Origin: a bacterium
GTDB lineage: Bacteria > UBA8248
Direction of reading: 5' to 3'
Assembly: GCA_965204535.1 (NCBI GenBank)
Contig: CBDBEV010000001.1
Location: 1,056,001-1,120,000 of the forward strand
DNA length: 64,000 nucleotides
Part shown: positions 1 to 10,989 of the stretch, one piece after another
Numbering within the stretch: the first letter of the stretch is position 1
Layout: every line of letters begins with the position of its first letter
The notes under the pieces: generated by a model
What the model was told of the DNA's origin: nothing
Database searches by the model: none
Seen by the model: the letters and a program-made list of their open reading frames with translations, nothing else
Made by a program: the position numbers and the translations under genes

Positions 1-141
1 GATTGCGTCTACCTGGCGCTGGCGCATCGTGTCGGCGCGCAGGTGATTACGGCGGATGTGCGTTTCGCGAATGCGCTGGCAAGGACCGAACACGGCGGCT
101 CGGTGGTGACGCTGACGGATTATGTGGAAGAACATCTCTGA
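1..141 (+). CDS. PIN-domain (VapC-like) toxin, C-terminal part, truncated by window edge
   Basis: Frame 1 reads DCVYLALAHRVGAQVITADVRF...EHL*; D-x-x-Y-LALA...TAD is the C-terminal PIN motif. Not in the ORF track. Confidence 0.7.
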   Translation, partial: DCVYLALAHRVGAQVITADVRFANALARTEHGGSVVTLTDYVEEHL

Positions 142-272
142 CATGGAATACGCGGGCGGCGACGCGGGTTCATCCGTTTTTCGTCTTTGTCCTTCATTCC
201 AGGATGATTCGCCGGGATTCCGCAGGGGTCGTTCGCGAAGGACCCCTGCGGGTTCGGTGCGAAACGCGGGAC

Positions 273-375
273 GTAGAGACAGGCCCCCGCGCCTGTCCTC
301 GCCAGGGACAACCACGGGAATAGATGTCTTCTATACGGGCGGCCACGGGGTCAGACATATATGTCTGACCCCTAC
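273..375. repeat. GTAG-type REP-like palindromes
   Basis: GTAGAGACAGGC-cccc-GCGCCTGTC at 273 and GGGGTCAGACATATATGTCTGACCCCTAC ending at 375. Confidence 0.55.
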
Positions 376-382
376 TGGAAAG

Positions 383-1073
383 GCAACCCCCCCTACCCCC
401 CCTTGTCAGGGGGGTAAGAAAAGGCGACGCCCGCCAACGAGGGGGTGAAAGAAAAACCCCCCTGCGTTGGTTCTTCCTTCATCAGTCAGCAATGACCCCC
501 AAGGTATTTCACTCCCCCCTTGAGGGTCATCCCTTCACGCGCGAGATATGCAATCAACTCCCCCTCAAGGGTCTGTTGAAAAATTCATACTTTCGTGATT
601 CGGCGAATTTTGCCGACCGGGGAGAAGAGAAATTCACTCCCCCCTTGAGGGGGAGTCAACGAGACAAGGGCGAAGCCCGCAGGCGAGTTGGTGGGGGGAG
701 TTTTTTCGGTGGCATGTCCCCCCACCGAGTCAGCCTTCGCACAAACCGCTCGGCCTCTGTCGGGCTTTCCCCTCGGGAAGCCCGACCCCCTCAAGGGGGG
801 AGTTGATCTTGCTCCCTCATTGGTCGCATCAAACTCTCGTTCAGCGGGGCTTTTTCAGAGAGTAGAGGGGACGCTCTCCTATCGATCGGAAAAGCAACCC
901 CCCCTACCCCCCCTTATCAGGGGGGTAAGAAAAAACAAAACCCCCTATCGGCGGCGGGCGTCGCCTTTTCATACCCCTTCGTCAAGGGGGAAAGAAAAAG
1001 CAAAGCCCCCTCAGCTCGGCGGGGGCGCATTGCCTTTTTATACCCCCCTGTCAAGGGGGGGTAGGGGGGGTTG
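383..1073. repeat. Cluster of C/G-run hairpin repeats (GCAACCCCCCCTACCCCCCCTTGTCAGGGGGGTA family and CTCCCCCCTTGAGGGGGAG family)
   Basis: Arms at 383-416, 894-927 and inverted at 1041-1073; second family at ~512, 558, 637 and 786. The first family recurs at 2159, 3756, 20245, 55215 and 55297. Confidence 0.85.
569..863. mobile_element. Degenerate MITE-like element with IS1182-type left end
   Basis: GGGTCTGTTGAAAAA at 569, directly after hairpin loop CTCAA; decayed right end GGGGCTTTTTCAGAGAGT at 846-863. Confidence 0.35.
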
Positions 1074-1232
1074 GTTTTCGAGTCGAAGGCGAGCGGATGG
1101 TATGGCGGATTACGTGGCGGTTCCCCTTTCTAGCACGCCGGCGGCCACAAACCCTCATCCCGAGTAGGCGCGCTTGCGCGCCGTATCGAGGGACGCTGCC
1201 GTGGACAGGTCGCCTGCCACCCGCCTCTCCTC

Positions 1233-2057
1233 TTATAAGGGCGGGGCGGTCGCCTTGATGGTGACGGGGGCGTTCTGGAAGGTTTTCACGAACCTCGTCG
1301 TGTTCTCGGCGATGGCCTCGAAGATTTTCTCCCCCTTCTCCGCAGACGCCAGGGTGGCCGCGCCGCCCACTCCCATCGCTTCGCGGTTCCGCCCGTATTC
1401 CTCGGTCGTCGGCGGAAAGGAGAGTTTCGGGTTCTCGACGCGGTTGACGGCGTGGTCCACGGACACGAAGCGGTGCTCGAATTCGCCCACCTCGGGGACG
1501 GCGTCCACCGCGCGTTCCATCCGCACCTGATCGCCGTACTTATAAAGCATGAAGGAGGTCTCGGATTCGCACCCGTGGCCCACGCCGCCCGGGGGACTCT
1601 CGCAAACGTCGCGAATCTCCTTGCCGGCGATGAGCGCGAGGTCCACGATGGCGACCGCCGCGCCCGTCACGTTCCTGACCCGCACGATCGCAATCTCGAG
1701 CGGCGGGAGGTTCGCGACCCGGTGCCCGTTCAGGATCACGATGTGCCGGAAGCCGTGAACTACGAGGCTGTTGCACACGTCCTCGACGACGCGCGTGAGC
1801 GTCTCCGCTGCGAGCGATATCGTCCCCGGGAACGCGAGGTGATGGGGCGACCAGCCGAACCACAGGGGCGCGGCGACCAGCGCGTCCGCCCGCTCGGCCA
1901 CCTCTTCTGCGGTCGCGATGGCCTCGGCCGCATCCGTTCCGATGGGGCAGTGCGGCCCGTGCTGCTCCGTGGCGCCGACGGGCACGAGCGCCGTGTCCCC
2001 GCGCTCGAGGTATTCCGCCACGTCCGGCCAGGTGAGTTCCTGTATCCAGCGGCTCAT
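1233..2057 (-). CDS. Creatininase family amidohydrolase
   Basis: GATEQHGPH..GTD, NGH and HGCESETS metal-binding motifs; GAGG RBS. Confidence 0.9.
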   Translation of the reverse strand: MSRWIQELTWPDVAEYLERGDTALVPVGATEQHGPHCPIGTDAAEAIATAEEVAERADALVAAPLWFGWSPHHLAFPGTISLAAETLTRVVEDVCNSLVVHGFRHIVILNGHRVANLPPLEIAIVRVRNVTGAAVAIVDLALIAGKEIRDVCESPPGGVGHGCESETSFMLYKYGDQVRMERAVDAVPEVGEFEHRFVSVDHAVNRVENPKLSFPPTTEEYGRNREAMGVGGAATLASAEKGEKIFEAIAENTTRFVKTFQNAPVTIKATAPPL

Positions 2058-2183
2058 GAATCATTCCTCCCTGTTTTCCCGAGACGACCCTGTGGGGGCT
2101 GTTGATTCACCCCCTGAAAGGGTAATGGCAACCTCCCTGAAAGGGAAGCCCCATAAAAGCAACCCCCCCTACCCCCCCTTGTC

Positions 2184-3694
2184 GGGCCTGTTGAAAAACC
2201 CCTGGTTTTGTGATCGTATGGATGTATCCCCCCTCGCCCGAGATGGGAGATTCCCCGATGTTGGACCGCAAGAGGCGCGGGCAGATGGAATTGTTCGTGG
2301 CCGGTTCGCTGGAGCAGTTGATTCCCGAAGATTACATATTGTTCCGGGTGAACCGCGTACTGGATTTGAGCTGGCTTCGCGAGGAAGTGGCGGGGTGCTA
2401 TTGCGCGGACAACGGTCGACCGGGGATCGACCCGGAAGTGGTGGTGCGGTTGATGCTGGCGGGCCTGCTGCTGGGCCACGTTCACGACCGGCATCTGCTT
2501 CGCGAGGCGCAGGTGAACCTGGCGATCCGGTGGTTCATCGGTTACGAGCTGCACGAGGAGTTGCCGGATCATTCGAGCCTGACGCGGATTCGCCAGCGGT
2601 GGGGGGAGGCGCGCTTCAAGGAGATATTGCGCCGCACGGTTCAGGCGTGCCTGGAGGCGCAGGTGGCGAAGGGGGAAGTGGTTCACATGGACGCGTCTTT
2701 GATACGTGCGGACGTGAGTTGGGAGAGTCTGGCGGCGCGCCACGCGGAGAAGGTGGTGCGGGAGAACGACTCGGCGGATGAGGCGGGGAAGAAGGGCGGG
2801 GGTTCGGGTCCGGTGAGCCGAACGGACCCCGACGCGCGCCTGGCGCGCAAGAGCGCTCGGGCGGGGTTCGAGCCGAGCTACAAGCACCACGCGGTGGTGG
2901 ACGATGAGCGTGGGGTGGTTCTCGACGTAGAGGTGACGGAGGGGACGTTGAACGAGCGGGAGATGATGGAGCCGCAGTTGGATGCGGTTTGCGAGCTCAC
3001 GGGTCGCGCGCCCGCGGTGGTGACGGCGGATTCGGGCTATGCGTACTCGAAGGTGTATGCGGGATTGGAGCGGCGTGGCGTCGCCGCGCTGATACCGGCG
3101 AAGAAGGAGCCTTCCCAGAGCCGTGTTCCGCTGCAGTTGTTCCGCTACGACGAGCGGCACAAGGTGGTGAAGTGTCCGGGCGGCAAGACGCTGCGTCCCC
3201 GGAAGGAGACGGAGCGGGGGCGCTACTATGGTTCGAGGACGCGCGATTGCGCGGGCTGCGCGCTGAGGTCGGATTGTCTGCCCAAGTCGCACACGAGCAG
3301 GACGGTGCTGATTCCGCATGAATATCCGGCGCTGTTGCGCGCGCGCCGGCGGCACGCGCGCCGGGGGGAGGAGGAGGGCCGGCTGTGGCGCCGCCACATG
3401 TCGCGTTCGGAGGGCTACCACGGCGAGGCGAAGAGTCGGCACGGACTGGCGCGGGCGGTGCGCCGGGGCCTTGCGAACATGAGGATCCAGGCCTACCTGA
3501 CGGCGACTGCGGTGAACCTCAAGCGGCTCGCCGCCGCTTTTGCGGCGGATATATTCGCTCTGTGGAGGGCCTGCGCCGCCCGGAGACGCCGTCTGCGCGT
3601 TCCTCGCGGCCTCACGCGCCGATTGGGCTTCCTCTCCCAAGCCGCGGTGAGCCGCCATACCTCCCGCTTCAAAACGGGGTTTTTCAACAGCCCC
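2184..3694 (+). mobile_element. IS1182-family insertion sequence, copy 1
   Basis: 19-bp terminal inverted repeats GGGCCTGTTGAAAAACCCC / GGGGTTTTTCAACAGCCCC (18/19); 5-bp TSD TTGTC at 2179-2183 and 3695-3699. Confidence 0.93.
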
Positions 3695-3766
3695 TTGTCA
3701 GGGGGGTATAAAGAGGCGATGCGCTCCGCCGGGTTGAGGGGGGGGTGCTTTTTCTTACCCCCCTGA
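2258..3766 (+). CDS. IS1182-family DDE transposase; C-terminus extended past the right IR
   Basis: GRPGIDP, LPDHSSL, DAS, ADSGY, CPGG...CAGCALRSDC and EG..GEAK..HGL motifs; ATG after GGGAGA. Confidence 0.9.
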   Translation: MLDRKRRGQMELFVAGSLEQLIPEDYILFRVNRVLDLSWLREEVAGCYCADNGRPGIDPEVVVRLMLAGLLLGHVHDRHLLREAQVNLAIRWFIGYELHEELPDHSSLTRIRQRWGEARFKEILRRTVQACLEAQVAKGEVVHMDASLIRADVSWESLAARHAEKVVRENDSADEAGKKGGGSGPVSRTDPDARLARKSARAGFEPSYKHHAVVDDERGVVLDVEVTEGTLNEREMMEPQLDAVCELTGRAPAVVTADSGYAYSKVYAGLERRGVAALIPAKKEPSQSRVPLQLFRYDERHKVVKCPGGKTLRPRKETERGRYYGSRTRDCAGCALRSDCLPKSHTSRTVLIPHEYPALLRARRRHARRGEEEGRLWRRHMSRSEGYHGEAKSRHGLARAVRRGLANMRIQAYLTATAVNLKRLAAAFAADIFALWRACAARRRRLRVPRGLTRRLGFLSQAAVSRHTSRFKTGFFNSPLSGGYKEAMRSAGLRGGCFFLPP

Positions 3767-3926
3767 CAAGGGGGGGTAGGGGGGGTTGCCTTTGTCCTCT
3801 GACGAGGGGGGGTTGCTTTTCGACGAGGGAGGTCGGGGGGTTCGCGCGAAAGCGGCTTTCCCGCTAAAGGCAATGCCTCCCGACGATGATTTTTTCGACA
3901 ACCCCGCATTGGGTGCGCGATTGCAC

Positions 3927-4023
3927 TTCGATACGCGGCTCCGCCGCTACTCAGGATGAGGGGTGTCGGGGAACGGCGGAGCCTGCCCCGAGCGAAGTTG
4001 AGGGGCCGCTACTCAGGATGAGG
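3927..4023. repeat. REP-like repeat TTCGATAC...CTACTCAGGATGAGG (full plus partial copy)
   Basis: GCCGCTACTCAGGATGAG occurs twice; an inverted family member is at 1152-1190. Confidence 0.55.
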
Positions 4024-4026
4024 GAG

Positions 4027-4494
4027 CTACGCTTCGGGCTCCACCCAGCCCGACCAGCTGCGCCTCAAGGCCTCGCATTCGGCCACCCGCACCCCGGTGA
4101 CGAGGTTGACGGATTGATTCCCCATCTCCAGGAGTTTCTCGACGGAGTAGTCCCCGTAGTCGGTTCGGCCCATCTCGGCGTGGCGCGCGCCCAGGACGAG
4201 CGTTTCGATGTTCGCCAGGACGATCGCCCAGCAGCACATCGGGCAGGGCTCCATCGACGTGTAGAGCGTGGCGCCGGAGAGGTCGGGCGTGCCCAATGCG
4301 CTGCATGCGTTTCGGATGGCGTCGGTCTCGCCGTGGCAGGTGGGGTCGAAGTGGGAGATGACGCGGTTCTGCCCCCTGCCGATGATTTCGCCGTCCCTGA
4401 CGATGATGGAGCCGACGGGGGAGTTCCCCGCCTCAAGCGCAAGACGCGACTCCTCAAGCGTCAATCCCATGAAATGGTGATGGTCTTCGGCCAT
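4027..4494 (-). CDS. Zinc-dependent nucleoside/base deaminase (TadA/guanine deaminase fold)
   Basis: HGE...EPCPMC zinc motif; start MAEDHHHF after GGAGGG. Confidence 0.88.
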   Translation of the reverse strand: MAEDHHHFMGLTLEESRLALEAGNSPVGSIIVRDGEIIGRGQNRVISHFDPTCHGETDAIRNACSALGTPDLSGATLYTSMEPCPMCCWAIVLANIETLVLGARHAEMGRTDYGDYSVEKLLEMGNQSVNLVTGVRVAECEALRRSWSGWVEPEA

Positions 4495-4784
4495 TGTAAT
4501 CCCTCCAGGCTCAACTCGGATGAAAGGCGCGGCGTCCGGGCGCGCCCGCCGTTTGCCGGTGGATGCTCCCTCATGCGTAATCGCCCCAGGATACCCGCCC
4601 GGAAATTCAGGCGCTCTTCCGGCCCTGGCGCAAGCGCCATGAGACTTGGAACCTATTTTCCCACCAATCGGCGAATGATGCGAACGGGCGCGGTCGTCAT
4701 CCGGGAGGAATCGCTCCTGCATCGGTCGCGTCGAATCCTCATTCATCAATCGGGTTCGACCCCTCATCGGTCGGGGTTGATCAC

Positions 4785-4945
4785 GCAATTTCCCGCATTT
4801 GCCCGTGGCGGCGGGGTTTCCGGTCGGGTATGGTGGCGGTGCGCGAAAAACGTTTCCCCGAAAAACGAATTGCTGAAAAATAGTGAAAAATTCGATAAAT
4901 TCACGATGTTTTCGTGAAAATAAGTGAAAATTTATCCATTTGATT
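4785..4945. repeat. Partial inverted copy of the AT-rich dispersed element
   Basis: GCAATTTCCCGCATTTGCC and AAAATTCGATAAATTCACG are reverse-complement matches to ~55110-55128 and 54926-54944. Confidence 0.55.
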
Positions 4946-4960
4946 TATTTGAGGTTATAC

Positions 4961-5428
4961 GTGAAACGGAGGGTTTTCGGGGGTCTCGCCGCCTGCACCT
5001 TGCTCCTCGCCTGGGGCCTGCTCGCGCCCTCATCCGCCGCCGCCCAGACCTTCGAGCGCGGTGTGGTGCGCATCACCCAGAACGGGCGCGAGGCGACGCT
5101 TTCGGTCGAAATCGCCAATAGTTCCAAAGCCCAAGCGCAGGGCCTCATGGGCCGGGAGCAACTGAATGAGAACGCCGGGATGCTCTTCGTCTACGAGGAT
5201 GATGCGCAGCGGTTTTTCTGGATGAAGAACACGCGGATTCCGCTTTCGCTCGCCTTCATCGACAAGAGCGGAGAGGTGCTGGAAATCATACACTTACAGC
5301 CCCACAAGCCGGGGACGCGGATTCCCTCCTATCGTTCGCGCCACAAGGTCCGCCAAGTGCTGGAGGTGAACCAGGGCTGGTTCCTGAGGAACGGCTTCGG
5401 GCTGGGTGCGCGCGTATCGCTGGAGTGA
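4961..5428 (+). CDS. DUF192 family exported protein
   Basis: Signal peptide; VEIA...GLMGR...GMLF...FWMKNT.IPLS.AFID...VLEVN.GWF; GTG start after GAGGT. Confidence 0.9.
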   Translation: MKRRVFGGLAACTLLLAWGLLAPSSAAAQTFERGVVRITQNGREATLSVEIANSSKAQAQGLMGREQLNENAGMLFVYEDDAQRFFWMKNTRIPLSLAFIDKSGEVLEIIHLQPHKPGTRIPSYRSRHKVRQVLEVNQGWFLRNGFGLGARVSLE

Positions 5429-5435
5429 ACGAGAG

Positions 5436-6494
5436 CTAGGCTCTCGCCGCCTCGGGCGCTTTCTCGCCCAGGGGCAGGAGGGGCATGACCTGCGCGGCGA
5501 AGCGCTCCATCTCCTCGAACATGGGATGGAACTGGAGCAGGAACAACTCCACGCCCGCCTCGTGAAACGCCATGATGCGCTCGGCGATGGTCTCAGGCGA
5601 GCCGACGAGGCCCGTCGCCGCCCCGCCGTTCGAGCCCACGCCGCCCCCTTTCGCGCTCGTTTTCTTGTGCTGGGCGGCCTTGTCGACGCCCTTGAGCCTG
5701 GGCGTTTCGGTGATGAGCGAGAACAGGCGCGCGAGTTCCGCCTCGGCCTCCTCGTCGGTGTCGCGGCAGACGATGAACGAACTCATCCCGTGGCGGATGG
5801 ATCTACCGTTCAGTTGTGCTTCATGGTTCACGGCGGCCATCAGCTCCCGCGCGTCCGCGAGCGGGCGGCCGTTGAACAGGAAAACGTCCGCCGCCTTGCC
5901 GGCCAGCCTCACGGCGGCGGTCGATTCGCCCCCGAAGTAAAACGTGGGCCAGGGCTTTCGGACGGGCTTGGGCGCGGTGACGCCGTCGGTTATCCGGAAA
6001 TACCTGCCCTTGAAGCTGAAGCGCTCCTTCGTCCAGTAGGATTTGAGGATGTGCATGACCTCTTCGGACAGGTCGTAGCGCTCGTCGTGCGGCGGGAAGG
6101 GGATGCCCGCCATCTCGTTTTCCTGCGCCCACCAGCCCGAGACGATGTTGATGGCGAAGCGCCCCCCGCTGATGCAGTCGATGTTCGCCCCCATCTGGGC
6201 GACGAGCGAGGGGTGGCGGTAGGCGCTCTTGGCGGCGATGATGAGTTCGATCTTCTTCGTGATGGGCGCCAGCGCCGCCGCCGTTATCCAGGCTTCGAGA
6301 ACGGGCGCGCCCACGCCCTTGATGCTGTTGAGGCTCCTGTCGAGCAGCAGGGTGCTCTCGAAACCCAGTTCTTCCGCGCGCTGGATATAGCGCGCATTGT
6401 GGGCGAAAGAGGCCTCTTTCACCGTCTCGGGTTTTTCGATCCGCCCCAGAAACGTGCCCCACACGGGCGCCCACACCCCCATTCTCAGCGTCAT
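5436..6494 (-). CDS. LLM-class flavin-dependent monooxygenase (SsuD/SfnG-like)
   Basis: AEELGFE, LEAW, SGGRFAINIVSGW, FGGES and LVGSPETIAERI motifs. Confidence 0.88.
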   Translation of the reverse strand: MTLRMGVWAPVWGTFLGRIEKPETVKEASFAHNARYIQRAEELGFESTLLLDRSLNSIKGVGAPVLEAWITAAALAPITKKIELIIAAKSAYRHPSLVAQMGANIDCISGGRFAINIVSGWWAQENEMAGIPFPPHDERYDLSEEVMHILKSYWTKERFSFKGRYFRITDGVTAPKPVRKPWPTFYFGGESTAAVRLAGKAADVFLFNGRPLADARELMAAVNHEAQLNGRSIRHGMSSFIVCRDTDEEAEAELARLFSLITETPRLKGVDKAAQHKKTSAKGGGVGSNGGAATGLVGSPETIAERIMAFHEAGVELFLLQFHPMFEEMERFAAQVMPLLPLGEKAPEAARA

Positions 6495-6577
6495 GACGGC
6501 TCCTGTCGACTCGGTCCGATAGGGGAATTTATCATCAATCCCGCCCGGAAGTCTTGTGGTGGTTGTCGAGTCACAGC

Positions 6578-6613
6578 AAAAACCCCGCCCGGGCGTCGGC
6601 CCGAGCGGGGTTT
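6578..6613 (-). terminator. Rho-independent terminator after thiC
   Basis: AAAAACCCCGCCCGGGC...GCCCGAGCGGGGTTT hairpin with a T-run on the minus strand. Confidence 0.7.
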
Positions 6614-6640
6614 CATGCAGCGCGGTCGTTATTGTTCGGC

Positions 6641-8629
<1,989 letters not shown>

Positions 8630-8865
8630 TCAAAGACTATCAGTCGTTACGCCGGGAGTCAAAAGGAAAAGCGGACGAGATGGGCGATTTTATCGAGGTT
8701 TCCGGTGGCGGGGCGGAAGTTTTGTTGTCATGATAGCGGCTCGATGATTCGGATGTTTTTGGAATTACCTGGGCCGGGCCGTGACATCGGGAGTCTTTTC
8801 ATGCGGATACCGTTCTTTTCCAGGCGGTTGACGGCGCATTGGAGAAACGCTCGACAGATCGGGCG

Positions 8866-10779
8866 ATGGATGAGACAGGACGAATGGGGTCGCTCGTGAA
8901 ATGGGGTTGGGCCTGCGCCATCGCCGGAATCGCGTTTTTCATCTTCGCGGGCACGTTTACGAACCCGTTTCTGCACGACGACATCGCCATCATCGGCGAG
9001 AACCCCCTGGTTCGCGAGAGCGGCCGCATTCTGGAAGCCTTTCAGCGCGACTACTGGGCGGTGATAGAGACGAACGAAAGAAGAGACCGCCTCTACCGGC
9101 CCCTCACCATCGTGTCTTTCGCGCTGAACCACACGCTCGGCGGCCTGAACCCGCTCGGCTACAGAATCGCCAACGCCTTGTTTCACGCCCTCGCCTCGCT
9201 CGCTCTGTTCTGGCTGTGCGTACGTTTCGGGCTTTCGCGCGGTGCGGCGGGAGCCGTCGCCCTGCTGTTCGCCCTTCATCCGGTGCATACCGAGGCGGTG
9301 AACGCCGTCGTCGCGCGCGCCGACCTGTTGGCCGCCGCCGGCGTGTTCGGGGGATTGGGCCTTCTGATGGGCGTCGCGCTTCCGGGGGCGAAACCAGGCG
9401 TTGCGGAGGAGAACCACGAGAGGGGAGGCGAAGGAGGCCTCTCTTATCGAGGAGTGCTCGCGCCCGTCGGCCTCACGTGCGCGCTTTGCCTTTTTGCGCT
9501 TTTGTCCAAGGAAATCGGCGTCGCCCTGCTGTTCAGCGCCCTTTTGTGGTGGCTCTGGAGCCGCTGTGTATTTGGAAAGACCGAGCGCCCGCCTCTCAGG
9601 CACACGCTCACCGCCGTCTGCGCGCTCGTCCTCGTGCTCATCATCTACGTGTGGATGCGATACGCCGCACTGGGCATGCTGGCGCGCCCCTATCCTCCGT
9701 CGAAACTCGACAACGTCCTGGCGCTGATGCCGCTTGGGGAACGGATCTTCGGCGCGGTCGGCGTCCTGGGCCGCTATTTCAAGCTCCTGGTCTGGCCGTG
9801 GCCTTTGAGCATGGATTATTCCTTCGCGCAGATTCCGGTGGAAGGAGCGGAAGCGGCGCTCTGGGCGGCGGCGGGGGCCTTGGGATTTCTGGCGTGGGGC
9901 TACGCCTCCTGGCGTCTGAGGAAAGACATGCCGTGGATCGCCTTCGGGCTCGTCGTTTTTATCGGCGCGTATCTGCCCGTGAGCAACCTGCTGATCCCCA
10001 TGGGCACCATCATGGCGGAGCGGGTGCTGTATATCCCCTCGGCCGGCTTTCTGATCGCCCTCGTTCCCGCGGCGGGCGTCTGGCTCAACCAAAAGGACTG
10101 GCGGGTCGGCGCGGCGCTGCTCGTAGCCGCTTGCCTGACCTTCGGGGCGCTGACGCTCAAGCGAAACCACGAGTGGGGCGATGCGCTTCGTTTCTGGCGG
10201 CGAACGGCGGAGGTGTCGCCCCAAAGCGCGCGTGCGCTCAGAGTGTACGGGCAGGCCCTGATCGACCGGAACAGGTTCCGCGAAGCGATAGCGCCGCTCA
10301 AGAAATCCGTGGAGATATATCCCGTCTACGATTACGCCTGGGTGGATTTGGGGATAGCGCAGATGCAAAGCGGAGAGGCGGCCGCCGCCGAAACTTCCTT
10401 GAAGCGCGCCCTGCGGCTGAACGATGAGAACGCCGAGGCGCACCTGGCCCTGGGTGTGCTGTATATGGGCGCCGGGCGCGGCGATCTGGCCAGACCCCGT
10501 TTCGAGCGCGCGATAAGCCTCAAACCCTCGCTGGTGGAGGCGCGATTCAACCTGGGGACTTTATATCTCAAGGCGGGCTCGAGGCGCCTGGCGATAGCGC
10601 AGTTCAGGGCGGCCCTCAGGCTGGAGCCGGGCCACGGGGGCGTCCATCACAATCTGGCGCTGGCCCTGTACCTGGAGGGCGATCGCACGGGCGCGCGAAA
10701 ACACGCGAGAGAGGCCGGCAGGTTCGGCTCGCCGCTTCACCCGAAAATGCTGAGAGAGTTGGGCCTCGCCGGGCCTTGA
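8866..10779 (+). CDS. TMTC-like (DUF1736) membrane protein with C-terminal TPRs; putative GT-C glycosyltransferase
   Basis: F.HDD, YRPL, LFALHPVHTEAV..VV.RADLL, SKE and AER.LY.PS motifs, then TPR repeats. Confidence 0.85.
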   Translation: MDETGRMGSLVKWGWACAIAGIAFFIFAGTFTNPFLHDDIAIIGENPLVRESGRILEAFQRDYWAVIETNERRDRLYRPLTIVSFALNHTLGGLNPLGYRIANALFHALASLALFWLCVRFGLSRGAAGAVALLFALHPVHTEAVNAVVARADLLAAAGVFGGLGLLMGVALPGAKPGVAEENHERGGEGGLSYRGVLAPVGLTCALCLFALLSKEIGVALLFSALLWWLWSRCVFGKTERPPLRHTLTAVCALVLVLIIYVWMRYAALGMLARPYPPSKLDNVLALMPLGERIFGAVGVLGRYFKLLVWPWPLSMDYSFAQIPVEGAEAALWAAAGALGFLAWGYASWRLRKDMPWIAFGLVVFIGAYLPVSNLLIPMGTIMAERVLYIPSAGFLIALVPAAGVWLNQKDWRVGAALLVAACLTFGALTLKRNHEWGDALRFWRRTAEVSPQSARALRVYGQALIDRNRFREAIAPLKKSVEIYPVYDYAWVDLGIAQMQSGEAAAAETSLKRALRLNDENAEAHLALGVLYMGAGRGDLARPRFERAISLKPSLVEARFNLGTLYLKAGSRRLAIAQFRAALRLEPGHGGVHHNLALALYLEGDRTGARKHAREAGRFGSPLHPKMLRELGLAGP

Positions 10780-10834
10780 GGCGAAACACGGCCTGCGTCA
10801 GGGCGGAGCGGCTTTCCGCATGGACTGATTCAAC

Positions 10835-10862
10835 TTGCTTTCTGCTTCTTACGCGGTATAGT
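10835..10862 (+). promoter_or_regulatory. Possible sigma70 promoter
   Basis: TTGCTT-N16-TATAGT upstream of the FG-GAP gene. Confidence 0.35.
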
Positions 10863-10989
10863 TTTGGGTGTTTGGGGCTTTCTGTCTTCGAAATCATGAT
10901 AATATAACGGCTGATTGATTATCCAGAGCCATCCTCCGCTACGGATCGGAAATGGCGCCGCCGGAGTCTCTTAAGAACGCATTTCCAAT

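Larger units (their letters stand above)
2095..3905. mobile_element. Outer non-autonomous element with IS1182-like ends, hosting IS copy 1
   Basis: Left GGGGCTGTTGATTCA at 2095 and right TTTTTCGACAACCCC ending at 3905; internal sequence homologous to 55152-56936. Confidence 0.55.

Noticed and set aside
492-1167. Pro/Gly/Arg-rich ORFs (PPTPPCQGG-type)
   Set aside because: Translations of C/G-run DNA repeats, not proteins
2054-3658. 534-aa minus-strand ORF (and 55238-56569)
   Set aside because: Antisense shadow of the GC-rich transposase; no motifs. The many long antisense and alternate-frame ORFs over real genes are rejected for the same reason.
4027-4494. tadA gene symbol
   Set aside because: CDA-fold motif is present, but the C-terminal region (LGARH.E.G, no KxG motif) does not clearly match TadA; left unnamed
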